Origin: Torpedo marmorata
Taxonomy: Eukaryota
Direction: 5' to 3'
Assembly (NCBI GenBank): GCA_977017645.1
Contig: OZ360246.1
Coordinates: 10,416,001-10,480,000, forward strand
Length of the DNA stretch: 64,000 nucleotides
Both the position numbers and the translations under genes were made by a program. The notes beneath the pieces are model-generated. The model ran no database searches. It worked only from the letters and a program-made list of their open reading frames with translations, and had not been told where the DNA came from. Shown piece by piece: positions 48,041 through 61,022 of this stretch. Numbering within the stretch: position 1 is the first letter of the stretch; each line of letters starts with the position of its first letter.

Positions 48041-48443
48041 TAGTTGGTAAATTGGCCTCTGTAACTCGTCCCTGGAGCACAGGTCAGTTTGGGAATCTGT
48101 GGGAAATTGATGGGAATGTGGGAGGATTAAAGAAAAATGGGATGAGCAGAGATGAGAAAAATGGGTGACATGGAGGTGGTGGGTGGGTGAAAAGCCTGTT
48201 TCTGTTCTGTTTGAATCTATTACTAAAATAAAACTAGTCTCTGTAATGATAGCTCTGAACTGATTGGATTATTGTACAAACCCATCTGGTTCACCAGCGG
48301 AAAGGAGATCCGCCATCTTTATCTGGTCTGGCTGGTAGGTGACTCCAGACCCACCAAAGCGGTTGACTCAGTTCAGGGTAATTAGGGACCTTGTTGCCAG
48401 GGACTTCCACCTATCCCGTGAATGAGTAAAGCTATGTTCCTGG

Positions 48444-49072
48444 CAATCATCAGGGATCCACACCACCCAGCACACGCTCTGTTCTCGCTGCTGCCATCAG
48501 GAAAGAGGTATAGGCGCCACAAGACTCGCACCACCAGGTTCAGGAACAGCTGCTACCCCTCCACCATCAGACTCCTCAACGACAAACTCAATCGGGGACT
48601 TATTTAGGGCGGCTCGGTTGGCGTAGCGGTTAGCGCAACGCCTTTACTGCGCCAGCGATCGGGACCGGGGTTCGAATCCCGCGCTGTCTGTAAGGAGTTT
48701 GTACGTTCTCCCCGTGTCTGCGTGGGTTTTCCCCGGGGGCTTCGGTTTCCTCCCACAGTTCAAAACGTACCGGGGGTGTAGGTTAATTGGGTGTAATTTG
48801 GGAGGCACAGACTCATGGGCTGAAATGGCCTGTTACCGTGCTGTATGTCTAAATTTGAAAAAAAATGTAAGGACTCTTACTTTTGCACTTTATTAAGTTT
48901 TTTCTCTCTCTGTATTGCACAGTCAGTTTGTTTACATTTCTTTATTTGTTTACATGTGTATGTTGAGTCCGTTTTTTTTCGCACGGCCAATAAGTGGTAA
49001 GCAGGAGGAAGAATCTCAGGGTTGTATGTGATGTCATGTATGTACTCTGACAATAAATCTGAAATCTGAAAT
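48444..49072 (+). mobile_element. Rex1/Babar LINE 3' fragment interrupted by a SINE
   Basis: Peptide IIRDPHHPAHALFSLLPSGKRYR; the 3' UTR resumes after the SINE at about 48868; tail (aaatctg)n. Confidence 0.85.
48607..48867 (+). mobile_element. tRNA-derived SINE nested in Rex1
   Basis: Family homology; intact B box ggttcgaatccc. Confidence 0.9.
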
Positions 49073-50171
49073 GTGTGGCGTTGAGTTAATCTCCCTGGCC
49101 GGGTGTCTGGTGTAGCCTGAGGTGCTGGGGGAAATTATGATCTGCTGGTGTAGCTCATCTACTGACGAGGAAATCTCACGGATGAGGTGATGTTTTCCCA
49201 ACAGCAACTGGTCCTGTTTTAGCGTGGAATTTGTGAACGATAGCACCAGCACAAAAAGCAGATTAAAAATTGTTACCAACTATGGTTTAAGAGATCGAGA
49301 GAAAGATAATGAATTGCTTTTGTGTGTGGGAGCAGAGAGGGCGGGTGTGTTTCATTATTGGATTAAATGCAGTTTTAATTACTGTTACTCGGCAGCCTGT
49401 CACCTTGTGGGCACCAGTTGACCTTGGAAGGGAGGTGGGGAGAGCTGGGGTGAGTGGAGGACATGGAAAGAAAAGCCTGCACACAACTTCAGGCCTTGCA
49501 AGAAACCCCTTCAAACGGACAGAGATTCCTTCGGCATGCCAGCTGGCAGCTGGGGCCGTTAACCCTTCTCGCACCATGCTGTTCTCCACAGGACGCCTGG
49601 CAAATCAGGGCAGAGGAATGATACTCTGCCACTTCCTTGTCAGGAGGTCGTATCAGTCGAGGGCAGAAAAGGTTGCAGGGCTGTGTCGAGCAGTTTGATT
49701 CACTGTGCTGGATGCAGATGCAGATAGATTGCAACCCTGTTTGCTTGAGGTTCATGTTAAGTACGAAAACGTCCTTGGAAGGTTAAACACCGCAGGGAAA
49801 TTGCATGCACTTATTGCATTAGTACCGCAAGTTGACCCACAATGTACAACCTTGCGCAACTAATAAAACTACCTCTCGGCTACTTTATTTATAGTCCTGA
49901 CCCCTATTCAATCCTTATCAAGATCTTTGATTCTCATTCCCCAAGAGCTCGCCTGCTCCCTGCTCCCAGGTTGAGGGATTGCGAGGAGCTGCCACACATA
50001 TCTCACTGAGAAGAGGGTGCAGGTAGCCAGACCCCTCTGGGGAGGGAGGTGGGGAAGGTAAGGGCTCTTTTGGGCTCAGCCAACCCCCTCCCCACTGTGA
50101 GCCACTCCACCTAGTGGGCTAACAGAATAGTGCAAGGAGGTGAGCCCGAGCTTCAATATAGTGTCAATCAA

Positions 50172-50805
50172 CCCTGCATCCGGTGCTCCCGTTGTGGTCT
50201 CCTCTACATTGGAGAGACTGGGCTCAGACTGGGAGATCACTTCGTTGAGCACCTTTGCTCTGTCCACCGCAAATAGCGTGGATCCCCCAGTGGCCGCCCA
50301 TTTCAATTCTCCATCCCATTCCCTTGCTGACATGTCTGTCCATGATCTCATGCACTGCCAGACTGAGACCACCCGCAAATTGGAGGAACAACACCTCATC
50401 TTCTGATTGGGCACCCTCCAACATGATAGCATTAATATTGACTTCTCTGGCTTTCGTTAAATCCCCTTCCCCCCAACTTCTTCCCCCGTCGCCTTCCCCC
50501 AGCTCTGTCTCTCCCTTTTCCCTGTCTCCTTTCACACAGTCAAAATAAATTCTCACCTCTCCCCTTATCATATCCAGTTAACACCTTTTGTTGGTCTGGA
50601 CTCCTCCCCCAGCCAGCACTGTCTGTATTCTGAGATTTCCTGTTTTTTTCTTATTCTTTGTTTATTCCTTGAAGAAGGGCTCAGGCCCGGAACGTCGGTA
50701 ATATATCTTTGTCTCCTATGGGCGCTGAAAGACCGGCTGAGTTCCTCCAGCATTTCGGTGTGTTTTTACGACAATCACAGCATCTGCAGACTTTCGTGTT
50801 TCACT
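50172..50805 (+). mobile_element. 5'-truncated Penelope-like element (GIY-YIG plus terminus)
   Basis: CIRCS..GLLYIGETG; ANSVDPPVAAHFNSPSHSLADMSVHDLMHCQTETTRKLEEQHLIF; terminus ttgaagaagggctcaggcccggaacgtc. Confidence 0.88.
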
Positions 50806-51381
50806 CGCTTCTCAGCCAAAGCTTGGAGACGTCTCCCCCCCTCCCCCTGCTTCAACCGTCTAGCATCGGAAACTCAGCCGCATTGTAGGTGCGGCCTTCT
50901 GTCTAAAAAGTAGCTGTTTCCTCAGAGACGACTGCAGCCCCCAGCAGATCGAGGTGATCGACGGCAGCTGACAGTGAACTAAAGCACAGATGGGGAGTCT
51001 CGGAGATCAGATGTGATCCAGATTCTTCTCACCATCCTGCTCAATTGCCCGTTCATGGGTCTGGGTTCTCAGCAGGTCACTCAAATTAAAAATGACTCCC
51101 TCCACTGCCTCTAAGTTTACACCCTCAGTCGCTGTAAAGGAACATTTCAGAATCAGAAATACCATGCACAGCATCCTCTGCAGATCTGGATACCTTGAGA
51201 TTGTGTCTCTTCAAACAAAATCATAGCCAAGGCAGAGTTTAAAGTAGGAAAGCTAGGTGGAGAGACTGAGGGTTGAAATTCCAGAGCTCAGGGCCCAGGC
51301 AGTGGAAGTCCTATGTGGCGGTGATGAAATGACTAATCTTAAGATGGTCAGGAGGTCAGAATTGTCGGGCAATGGACATCT

Positions 51382-51617
51382 AGGCACAATTAGTGTAGTG
51401 GTAAGCGCAACGCTGTTACATCGCCAACGACCGGGACCGGGGTTTGAATCAGGCACTGTCTGTAAGGAGCTTGTACGTTTTCCCCATGTCTGCGTGGGTT
51501 TCCTCCCACCGTTCAAAAACGTACCGGAGGTGTAGGTCAATTGGGTGTAATTGGGCGGCACGGGCTCGTGGGCCGAAAGGGCATGTTATGTCTAAATTTA
51601 AATTTAAATTTAAAATT
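51382..51617 (+). mobile_element. tRNA-derived SINE
   Basis: Family homology. Confidence 0.85.
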
Positions 51618-53502
51618 ACTTGAAAGGACAGGCTAATGCACTCCTAATGCACCCCTGCCAGCAGATATCTCTGAACCCACATCACTGGACACAATTGCTA
51701 GATTAATTGGCCATGTACCACTCACTAGTGTGTCAGTGAGTGGTGTAAACTGGGAGGGGGGAGTTGATGAGAATGGGGGGGGGGAATAAAGTGGGATTAG
51801 TACATAGTGTAGGCAGGGGAGCTTGATCAGCAGCGATACGGTGAGCAGAAGAGCCTGTTTCCATGCTCTATGACATTGCTGCCTGTGGAGCTGCCACATT
51901 TCCCACTTTATAACATGTTCAATAAGTACTTGGAACGTCCTGAGGTAGTGACAGGTACTACTGAAATGCAGGCCCTGCTTTTTGTTCTGCCTCATCTCTG
52001 AGGGGAGAAGGTAGCATCTGCATTTGCCTCCTTGCTTGGTGTTAATGCTGGCACCCTCTGCTCTCTATTGCGAAGGCTTAACTGATTCTCCTTCCACAGA
52101 CAACCCGACCGTCTTCAGCATTCCCTGATATTATTTCAAGTTTGCAGAATCTGCAGTTTTTAAAAAAAAGCTTTAATTTACTCTGGCCCACACTGGACAG
52201 ACACAAAGGGCAGGAAAACCTGGGCTGCACACTGCATCCACGCATGCACACTCTTCGCTGCAGCGAACATCTTAAAATAAGTGGCAGTTCCCATTGAAGA
52301 GCTCATCAAACCCCACAGGCGAGATGAATTTCCACAGGACCTCTTACTCTGAGTAGGTGATCAGGGGTACAACCCACCTCAAAAGAGATGCCGACCAAAA
52401 AATGGTCGCCGTTTCGAGCCGAAACATCCGCATCAGTACTGATGAAGACTTTCCACTCGAAACTTCGACCTTTTTCTCCCACTGATGCTACTCGGCCTGC
52501 TGAGTTCCTCCGGCAGATTGCGCTTAGCCTCAGGATTCCAGCATCTGCCGTCTCCTGCGTGTCTCTGCTACTCATACCAGGCAGTCAGCCTCAGTTACCT
52601 GCTGAATACCTGAATCGAATCCCGATCACACCACCCTCCTCCTCCAACTGACAGGGGAAAAAAAATAAATGTTTCAATAATTGAGGCATTCCAGACAGCA
52701 CATGTTTTCAGAGCTGAAACTCTCAGACTGCCAGACATCTGCCTTAAATAGGAAACCTTCTTTTAACACACCATCTGTGCTCCAGGCTGTGTGTACCTAA
52801 CGATTTGTACAAGGGGAAATTCATAAACTTTATTGATTAAACATTTTTTTTTGCTGTGGGGAGTTATTTTCTCTCCCAAACCACTCAGGAGAATTTTCTG
52901 AATGGGAAGCCTGCTGAGTGTTATCACAGTGACCATCTGTGAAAGAATCTTGCCTGAAATGGAATTCCGCACAGTTGGGGAAAAGAGAACTTTCGTGTGC
53001 GGGGAGGTGTGAGCGCGCTGGATGACGAGATTGTTGTGGCAAGCAACAGCAGTTGGAATAGCCAAGGTGGCTTTGGAGGGGGGACTGGCTGTCGGTGTTG
53101 TAACGATACACAGATGGCTGCATCGAAACTTGTCAAGTAGTACACTTACACTCTCTCTCCAGTAATAACATTCTCTTGTGTCAAGGATCTTCACACCGTC
53201 TGCACTTTAAACAGATGGTAAAGGTGCGGCAGAAGAATGAGAGGGGAGCCTAGGGGAGAATTGTGTCCCCGGAAGCTGGTGAGAGCTTGGAGATTGGTGT
53301 GGCTGCAGAAACAATCCCTGCATTTCACAGCGACTCGGACGAGCACTTGATATGCATCCCGCTGTGAGGTTTTGGACTGGGAGTTGGAAAGGTGGGTGGG
53401 ATTGATGTGAATAGTTCTCTCTTCGCTGGGATTGAGATGACGGACTGAATGGTCTCCCTTGAATATCCGTAATTGAGGGTCACGGGGTAGGCAGGGTTTC
53501 GT

Positions 53503-54832
53503 ACTTTTTTTTACGGAATATACGGGTCGGCACAACATCGAGGGCCGAAGGGCCTGTACTGTGCTGTAGTGTTCTATGTTCTATCAGACTTGATAAAGTG
53601 ATAAACTGGAGAAATATCCGAAGAGATTGAATAAGCTGGGTTTATTCTCTCTGGAAAGTAAGAGGCTGAGGTATGACCTTTGAGGGGTTTATAAAATTAT
53701 GAGGGGCTTATAAAATTATGAGGGGCATGGACAAGATCAATAGTCAGAATCTTTGGCTCAGGGCAGGGGAGTGTGGAACTGCAGGGCTCAGACTTACAGT
53801 GAAGATTTCAGATTTATTGTCAGAGTACATACATGACATCACATACAACCCTGAGATTCCTTTTTCCTGCGGGCGAGGCAGAATTACCACTAATTAGTAG
53901 TGCAAAAATAAACTGTACACAATGTAAACATGTAAACAAACAAAGAACTGTAACTGATAACAAATGTATACAAACTGACTGTGCAACACAGAGAGAGCAA
54001 AAATACAGAGAGAACAAAATGAAAATCAATAAAGTGCACAAGTAAGAGTCCTTAAATGAGTCTCTGATTGAGTTTGTCGTTGAGGAGTCTGATGGTGGGG
54101 GGGTAGCAGCTGTTCCTGAACCTGGTGGTGCGAGTCTTGTGGCACCTATACCTCTTTCCAGATGGCAGCAGCGAGAACAGAGCGTGTGCTGGGTGGTGTG
54201 GGTCTTTGATGATTGCTGCTGCTCTCCGACGGCAGCGTTCCCTGTAGATGTTCTCGATGGTGGGGAGAATTTTACCTGTCTTGTCCTGGGCTGTGTCCAC
54301 TACCTTTTGGAGGGCTTTACGCTCAGGGGTATTGGTGTCCCCATACCAGACCGTGATGCAGCCGGTCAGCACACTTTCCACCACACACTCTGTAGAAATT
54401 TGCCAGGGTTTCTGGTGTCATACCAAACCTCCGCAAACTCCTGAGGAAGTAGAGGCGCTGACGTGCTTTCTTCATGATGCCATTGGTGTGTTGGGTCCAG
54501 GAAAGATCCTCCGAGATAGTGACTCCCAAGAACTTAAATTTGCTCACCCTCTCCACCTCTGATCCCCAAATGAAATGAAACAATGAAAGGGGTGATATTT
54601 AAAGGGGTACATTTCACACAAAGTGTGGTGGTTATCTGGAACGAGCTGCCAGCAGAGGTGGTCAAGGCAGGTACAATGAGAACATGTAAAATGTGTTTGG
54701 ACAGGCACTTGGATAGGAAAGGCACAGAGGGATGTGGGGCTAATTCAGGCAGATGAGATTAGAGTGGATAGGCTTCATGGTCAGCACGGAGGAGGTGGGC
54801 TGTAGGATCTGTTTCTGTGCTGTACCTGATTC
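53503..54832 (+). mobile_element. CR1 fragments (short young 3' tail at 53503-53584 plus an older fragment split by the Rex1 insertion)
   Basis: gggccgaagggcctgtactgtgctgtagtgttctatgttctat tail; KLGLFSLE-like segment at about 53630 resumes as FTQSVVVIWNELP at about 54610. Confidence 0.65.
53806..54570 (-). mobile_element. Rex1/Babar LINE fragment (longest copy) inserted in a CR1 fragment
   Basis: VERVSKFKFLGVTISEDLSWTQHT...KKARQRLYFLRSLRRFGM, then VESVLTGCITVWYG...; frameshifted. Confidence 0.9.
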
Positions 54833-55929
54833 TTTGAGTGCGAATGGCCCTTTGCCAGCTCCATCATTCAGCACGATCATGGCTGATCGTCCACTTCAGT
54901 GCCCTCCCCCATACCCTCTCCCTATGCCCCTCAATCCCCTGAGCACAGCAACACGACCAACAGAGCTGCCTCAAGCTCCAGTCACTTGGGTTCAATCCTG
55001 ACTTCCAGTGCTGTCTTCGTGGAGTTCACCAGTTCTCCCTGTGTCCGTGCAGACTTCGCCGGGAGCTCTGGTTTCTCCAAGGTTGTGCAGGTTTGCCAGG
55101 TTACTATGCCCCAGTTAAGCTATGTGGTGGAACCTATGGGAAATGGAATGGGAATAAAGGCAGAATAGAACAGCATTGGGCTAGGGTTAGCGTTGGTTGC
55201 TTGATACGCAGCAGGCATGCTGTTTCAAGGGCCTGAGTCAATGCTCTTCGACTCTCCATGTATCTATCTCCTTCTCGAGGATATTTAGCGACTTAGTCTC
55301 CACTGTCTTTGGTGGCAGAGAATTCCAAAAGTTCATTCTGAGCATTCCGAAGTTTTGCTGACCGCACTCCTGAAAACCTTGTTTCCTCGTCCTAGATCCA
55401 AGAACAGACGTGGTTTGTCCTTGCCTTCCTGGGCTGGCGGTGGACCCCATATTAAGGTACTCACTGCAGACGTAACATCTGGTTCCACCTTGGACATCAT
55501 CTTCGTTTTTCTCCCTTGAAGCTGTGATGATCTGCCGCCATTCACAAACTTGTGGGATGCCTGGGGTTGTGACGGTTGTCTTATCGGAATGATTCCCGAA
55601 GATAGGCAGGCAGTACCTACCAGGTAGCGACGCTACACAGGCTGTATGTTTTTTCTGTGATGTGCAGTGACCCAGCAGCTTGTAAATGTACCACTTCCCC
55701 CAAAAACGCCGGCCACTTCTCTTGTCCCGAGAGGACACTGCTTTCACTCAGGAGGCCACTACGAAGCAGGCATGGACTTTCAACGTTCCACTGGGCAGCA
55801 CCTTGATGCCTGATGCTCAATGTTAAAATTGAAATAGGGCAGCATTTATGTAGCTCTTGGTCACATACTTAGGACGCCCAATAATGCAATCCCAGATGGT
55901 ACTCATCTGAACATCATGTGAATCAACAA

Positions 55930-56294
55930 TTTTAACTTTTTTAAAATTTACAACACGGAGGAAGCCGATTCCGACCATTTAAACCCGTGCCGCCTAATTA
56001 CACCCAAATTGCTCCGGTTTCCTCCCACTGTTCAAAACGTACCGGGGTTGTAGGTCAATTGGGTGTAATTGGGCAGCACGGGCTCATGGGCCGAAAGGGC
56101 CTGTTACCGTGCTGGATGCGTAAATCAAAAATTAACCTACAACCTTGTACGTTTTGGAGGGTGGGAGGAATCCGGCACACCCGGGGAAACCCACTCAGGT
56201 CACGTGGTAACTCCTTACAGACAGCGCCGAGTTCGAACCCGGGTTGCTGGCACTGTAATAGCGTTGCGCTGACCGCTATGCTAACCATGCCGCC
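55930..56294 (-). mobile_element. tRNA-derived SINE with an oppositely oriented SINE 3' half inside it (about 56010-56130)
   Basis: Minus-strand head and tail flank a plus-strand gctccggtttcctccc...cctgttaccgtgctg segment. Confidence 0.75.
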
Positions 56295-59200
56295 TGGTGA
56301 AATGTGTACCAGGAATCTCAGTTAGAATTCAAAGCAATAAAATGCTGGAACTACTCAGCAGGTCAGGCAGCATCTGTGGAGTGTGAAACCGGTCAACGGG
56401 CTCGATGTTTGGTCCGTGTTGGCTGAGGGAGCTTATACATCATTCCTTTCCACCCAGGCAAGCTCTGATTTAGCGCCTTGTTCAACAGGTGGAGCTGATG
56501 GCTCTCCCTCGTTACCTTATCAGCGTTTCAGCGAATACAATGGGGTTCAAGCTCACTGCCTTCAGGAGCCAAGCTGACACTGTGTTTAGACGGATGGTTT
56601 AGAAATGCAAGCCATAAGCTCCAATTCGTTAGATAGCTCCCAGGGGTCCTCATTGAAGAACATGGAGGGCTTCATTAAAGCTCAACAACTGCTGTCTAAA
56701 CATTAGGCATTGTAAACGTAAGAACATTAGTCACAGGAGCAGGAGCAGACCTGATCCTGTGCAGACATTCAGTGGGTTCAGGACTGATTGGACCCTGGCC
56801 TCAGCTCCCCTTACCCTGGCATTGCCTATCACACTTGATTCTCTTGCAGTCCAAAGTTCTGCCTTGAATATACTGTATTCAATGATTCCACCTCCGCAGC
56901 TCTCCGAAGCAGAGAATTTCAAAGAACCACAAAACTCCTGATCTCTATCGACCCCTTCTTCTGAAACAATAGCCCCTGTACCTGGGACCCTCACTAGGGA
57001 AACATCCTCTCATCATCCACTTTATTACTGCTTTCAGAATCTCATGTATCAATAAGATCATCTCTCATTCTTCTAAACTACAATGGGTTCAGGCAAATAT
57101 GCTCAGCTCCTTCAACCTTCTCAGAACCGCCACCAATGCATCAGTACATCCTTCCTTCCTTATTATTTCATATTATTCTATTTGCTCTTCCAACATAAAA
57201 AGAGGCCATTTGGCCCATCAATCCTATACTGGATCTCAGAGCGATCGCATCAATCTCATTGTATTTCCCCGTATTCTCACTCTTTCACACACGCCTGCTA
57301 GTTTCTGCCTCCCATTGTTCCTCGGCATAATTTATAGGAGCCAATTAATCTAACAATCAGCACATTTATTTAGGACGTGGACTCTTCCCCGCGCAGTTAC
57401 AGGAGAATGTACAAGTTCGACACAGGCAGCACCCGTGGTCAGAATCGAACCAGGGACACTGGAGCTGTGTTGGCAGCAGCAATACCTGCCACGCTATTGT
57501 GGCGCCTAAGTAAGGAGGCTAAACCTGTACGAAGTACAGAGTCGTCCCCTCTCTTATACTCCATTTCCTTTGCTACAAAGGCAAACATTCAATTTGTCTT
57601 CCCATGTTCATATGCTGCATTATTATTAGCTTAGTGGCTTGAAGTGCTCCTTTGAGACATGACAGGGTATCGTAGAGCCATGTTGTCCATTCTATGCTAT
57701 CAATGAAATGGATTGGGTACTTGGAGGATGGATGGTTGGAATTTCATCCTTGAGAGGTCCAACTGATCTCAAAAGTAACGCTGCAACTGTTTAAAAACAG
57801 AAGCATCTTTTAATACGACTCAAACCTTCAAAGGCATTGCTATTTAACGGAAAATATTGCTCCTTTGTGAATTATAAAACTTAATACCAACCAGGCAACC
57901 CAGTGACTCTGCCAGAGATGGCATAACCCCTTGGAGGGAACTCAAGAGTTTGCAAACTTTGATCAATTCTTAAGTCAACGATGAAATTAATGTTATAAAT
58001 ACGATTAAATAATTCACTCTTATTTCTTGCCTTGTTATGCAAATTGCTTGAGTGATCTGAACGGAGACCCATTTTAAGTTTTACTTAAATGATTTGCCTT
58101 TTGCTAGAATCTGTTGCACTAAGTAACTGATAAATCACCCTGGCTGGATGTTAACATCGAGCCCACAATTCACTCATCAATCTGCCTCCTGGTACCGTTG
58201 AAAACAGGAAAAGAATATTGTTATCAAGAAACAGTCATGCATTAAGCAACTAGCAATCACTACAGGAAATGATGCCTGGTTGTCATGGAAATGAAAACAA
58301 ACTGGTCTCAGACACACTACCTTTGAGGAAAGGTCACCTATTATTGCTGTAAAATAACCTGCTTGGCAAGTGCGACAGGAAGCAAGAAAAAAACTTCATG
58401 TTTTGTTTGCTCAACAGACCTGTCTGAATTACTGGCCTGTGAGCTGGGTTTAAGCATCAGCAGAGACAACACCTGTCAAGTGAACAGTCTTTGTCCTCGC
58501 TGCCCTGTTACTATAACTAGTCTGAAATATTTCCTCCGTGGGAGGTTGGGATTCGGTTATAGTGGGTGCACCGCAAGGTTACAGCGCTGTGATTGGCTGC
58601 TGTGCACGATAATGCGGCCATCCCACCGTCCAGCGTCAGTGACACATCTGACCACTCCACATTCTTCAACTGCAGCTCTCTGCTCCCCACCCCATCCTGA
58701 GACTCGCTTGATTCCCTAATCTGGATTTACGATGCTTTTCAGGCACGTGTGGGTGGCTTTGTTTTGTGTTACAGATTACACAGAAAGAGGCCACTAACCC
58801 AACTGGTTAAAGCCAGTGCTGCTTCTTCACAAGAGCCTCCTGCCAGTCCTCCTTCCCAACTTCTTGCACTCCCCTGCTGGCTGTGAGCTTTCTCTCCTTT
58901 GAGACAGGGAACGTGTGTCCAAAGTTCTCTGCTGACTCTGCAATGCCGTTCTCACGGAGTGCCACACTTGCACCAGTGCCATTGTTTGTTAATGAGACCT
59001 TATCTGCACTCAGGATTCTCTGACTATTTCACAGTTAAATCAATGGTCAATTTTTACTCAGTCAAGAGCAAAAGGAACTTAAATTTCTTTTCTGTGTGGA
59101 AGTATCGCTACTGATTAAACCCGTTGTACTAACCACTTTCTTACCAGTCTGCCTTGTTTTCACTCCGCCTTAGCCAACATTACTGAAAGAGATCATCATG

Positions 59201-60339
59201 AAATTCTCATCTTGCTGTTTAAGGATGATGGCTGAGTGCTTCCTATTTATAGCAGCGATTGCCAGGATTCCCACTTATGAGGGAACCGGCACCATTACGC
59301 TCAGTCTCTGAAGGGACTTACTTTATTTCTTCCTTTTCCTTTCTTTCTCTCCTTCCCATTTTTGCAAGATGGCGCTGGAGTTCGGTAACCGGCAACGTTT
59401 GGGAGGAGAGGCACAGGAGACTGCAGATGATGGAATCCGGTGCAATAATCAAACTACTGGGGGAACTCAGCAGGTCAGGCAGGATCCGTGGGGAGGGGGG
59501 GTGGGGTGGGGAAGAGAAAGTCAACGTTTCGGGTCGAGTCCCTGCATCAGGGTTCTAGGGAGTGAGCATTTTTCAACTATCTCCTCCAGGTTCTCTGGTG
59601 GTACTGTCTGCCCTGGTGGAGGGAGAGGAAGGCAGTTTGGGAATAGATTCACTTCAACTCCGGTGACAGGGAAGGCCCATTGCTGGAAAGAGAACCTGAC
59701 CTTCTATCCTGTGTCAGGAGAGGGTGGGTAGTGGAAGCGAAAGCACTCAGCAGAACTCTAGCTCAGAAATGAAGTTGGTGAGGGAGCCCAGAACTGAAAG
59801 AGTTACGTATGTGTCAGATTAAAAGAAAATCTTGCTGATATATTGTTAACGGCAGAGAAATGATTTATATAAAATAAGAACGATGTTATATTGTTATCTT
59901 AACATTGCATTTTGATGAAAAGCAGCCATGTAGAACATGACTGTAAGTAATTAAAGCAATAAAATAGTGAAATGTGTAATTGGGGTAAAAGAATTTCAGT
60001 TACAGGAGTTTATAGTTAACTGAAATGAAAAGGTCACAGTAGGCTTTCCATTTTTGAACATTGAAATTACACTTCAAATTACACCCAGAGATTCTACCTC
60101 AGAAACCAGCTCAACCTGACAACATGAGGTGGATTTTAGTTCTTTTAATGTTCTCTCTGCCTGTTTTAAAATTCACTTGTTGCTCGCTGCGAGGTTGGAG
60201 TGGGTGTGGCGCCCGCTCTTTGGGGATGAAAGGCTGCGAATGGTACTCTTTTGTGATTCTCTCTTGGGATGTGTCGGCATGCCCACACGTAATGCCTAAC
60301 CCGAACTGCCCCCGAGGAGGTACCCGCAAGCCGTGTCAT

Positions 60340-61022
60340 ATTTCAGATTTATTGCCAGAGTACATACATGACATCACGTACAACCCTGAGATTCTTTTTC
60401 CTGTGGACAAGGCAGAATTACCACTTATTGGTAGTGCAAAAAAAACTGTACTCAACGTACACATGTAAACAAATAAAGAAATGTAAACAAACTGACTGTG
60501 CAACAGAGAGGAAAAAAAACAATAAAGTGCAGAAGTAAGAGTCCTTAAATGAGTCTCTGATTGAGTTTGTTGTTGAGGAGTCTGATGGTGGAGGGGTAGC
60601 AGCTGATCCTGAACCTGGTGGTGCGAGTCTTGTGGTGCCTATACCTCTTTCCTGATGGTAGCAGCGAGAACAGAGCGTGTGCTGGGTGGTGTGGATCCTT
60701 GATGTTTGCTGCTGCTCTCTGACGGCAGTGGTCCCTGTAGATGTTCTCAATGGTGGGGAGGGTTTTGCCTGTGATGTCCTGGGCTATGTCCACTACCTTT
60801 TGCAGGGCTTTACGCTCGTGGGTATTGGCGTCCCCATACTGTGATGCAGCCGGTCAGCATACTTTCCACCGCACATCTGTAGAAATTTGCCAGGGTTTCC
60901 GATGTCATACCAAGCCTCCGCAAACTCCTGAGGAAGTAGAGGTGCTGACGTGCTTTCTTCATGATGCTATTAGTGTGTTGGCTCCAGGAAAGATCCTCCA
61001 AGATAGCAACTCCCAAGAACTT
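60340..61022 (-). mobile_element. Rex1/Babar LINE fragment
   Basis: KFLGVAILEDLSWSQHT...VESMLTGCITVW, DPHHPAHALFSLLPSGKRYR, and the same 3' UTR. Confidence 0.9.

Noticed and set aside
55238-55820. 169-aa minus-strand ORF
   Set aside because: Its C-terminus is a CR1 remnant (NFWNSLPPKTVE) and the remainder has no recognisable homology.
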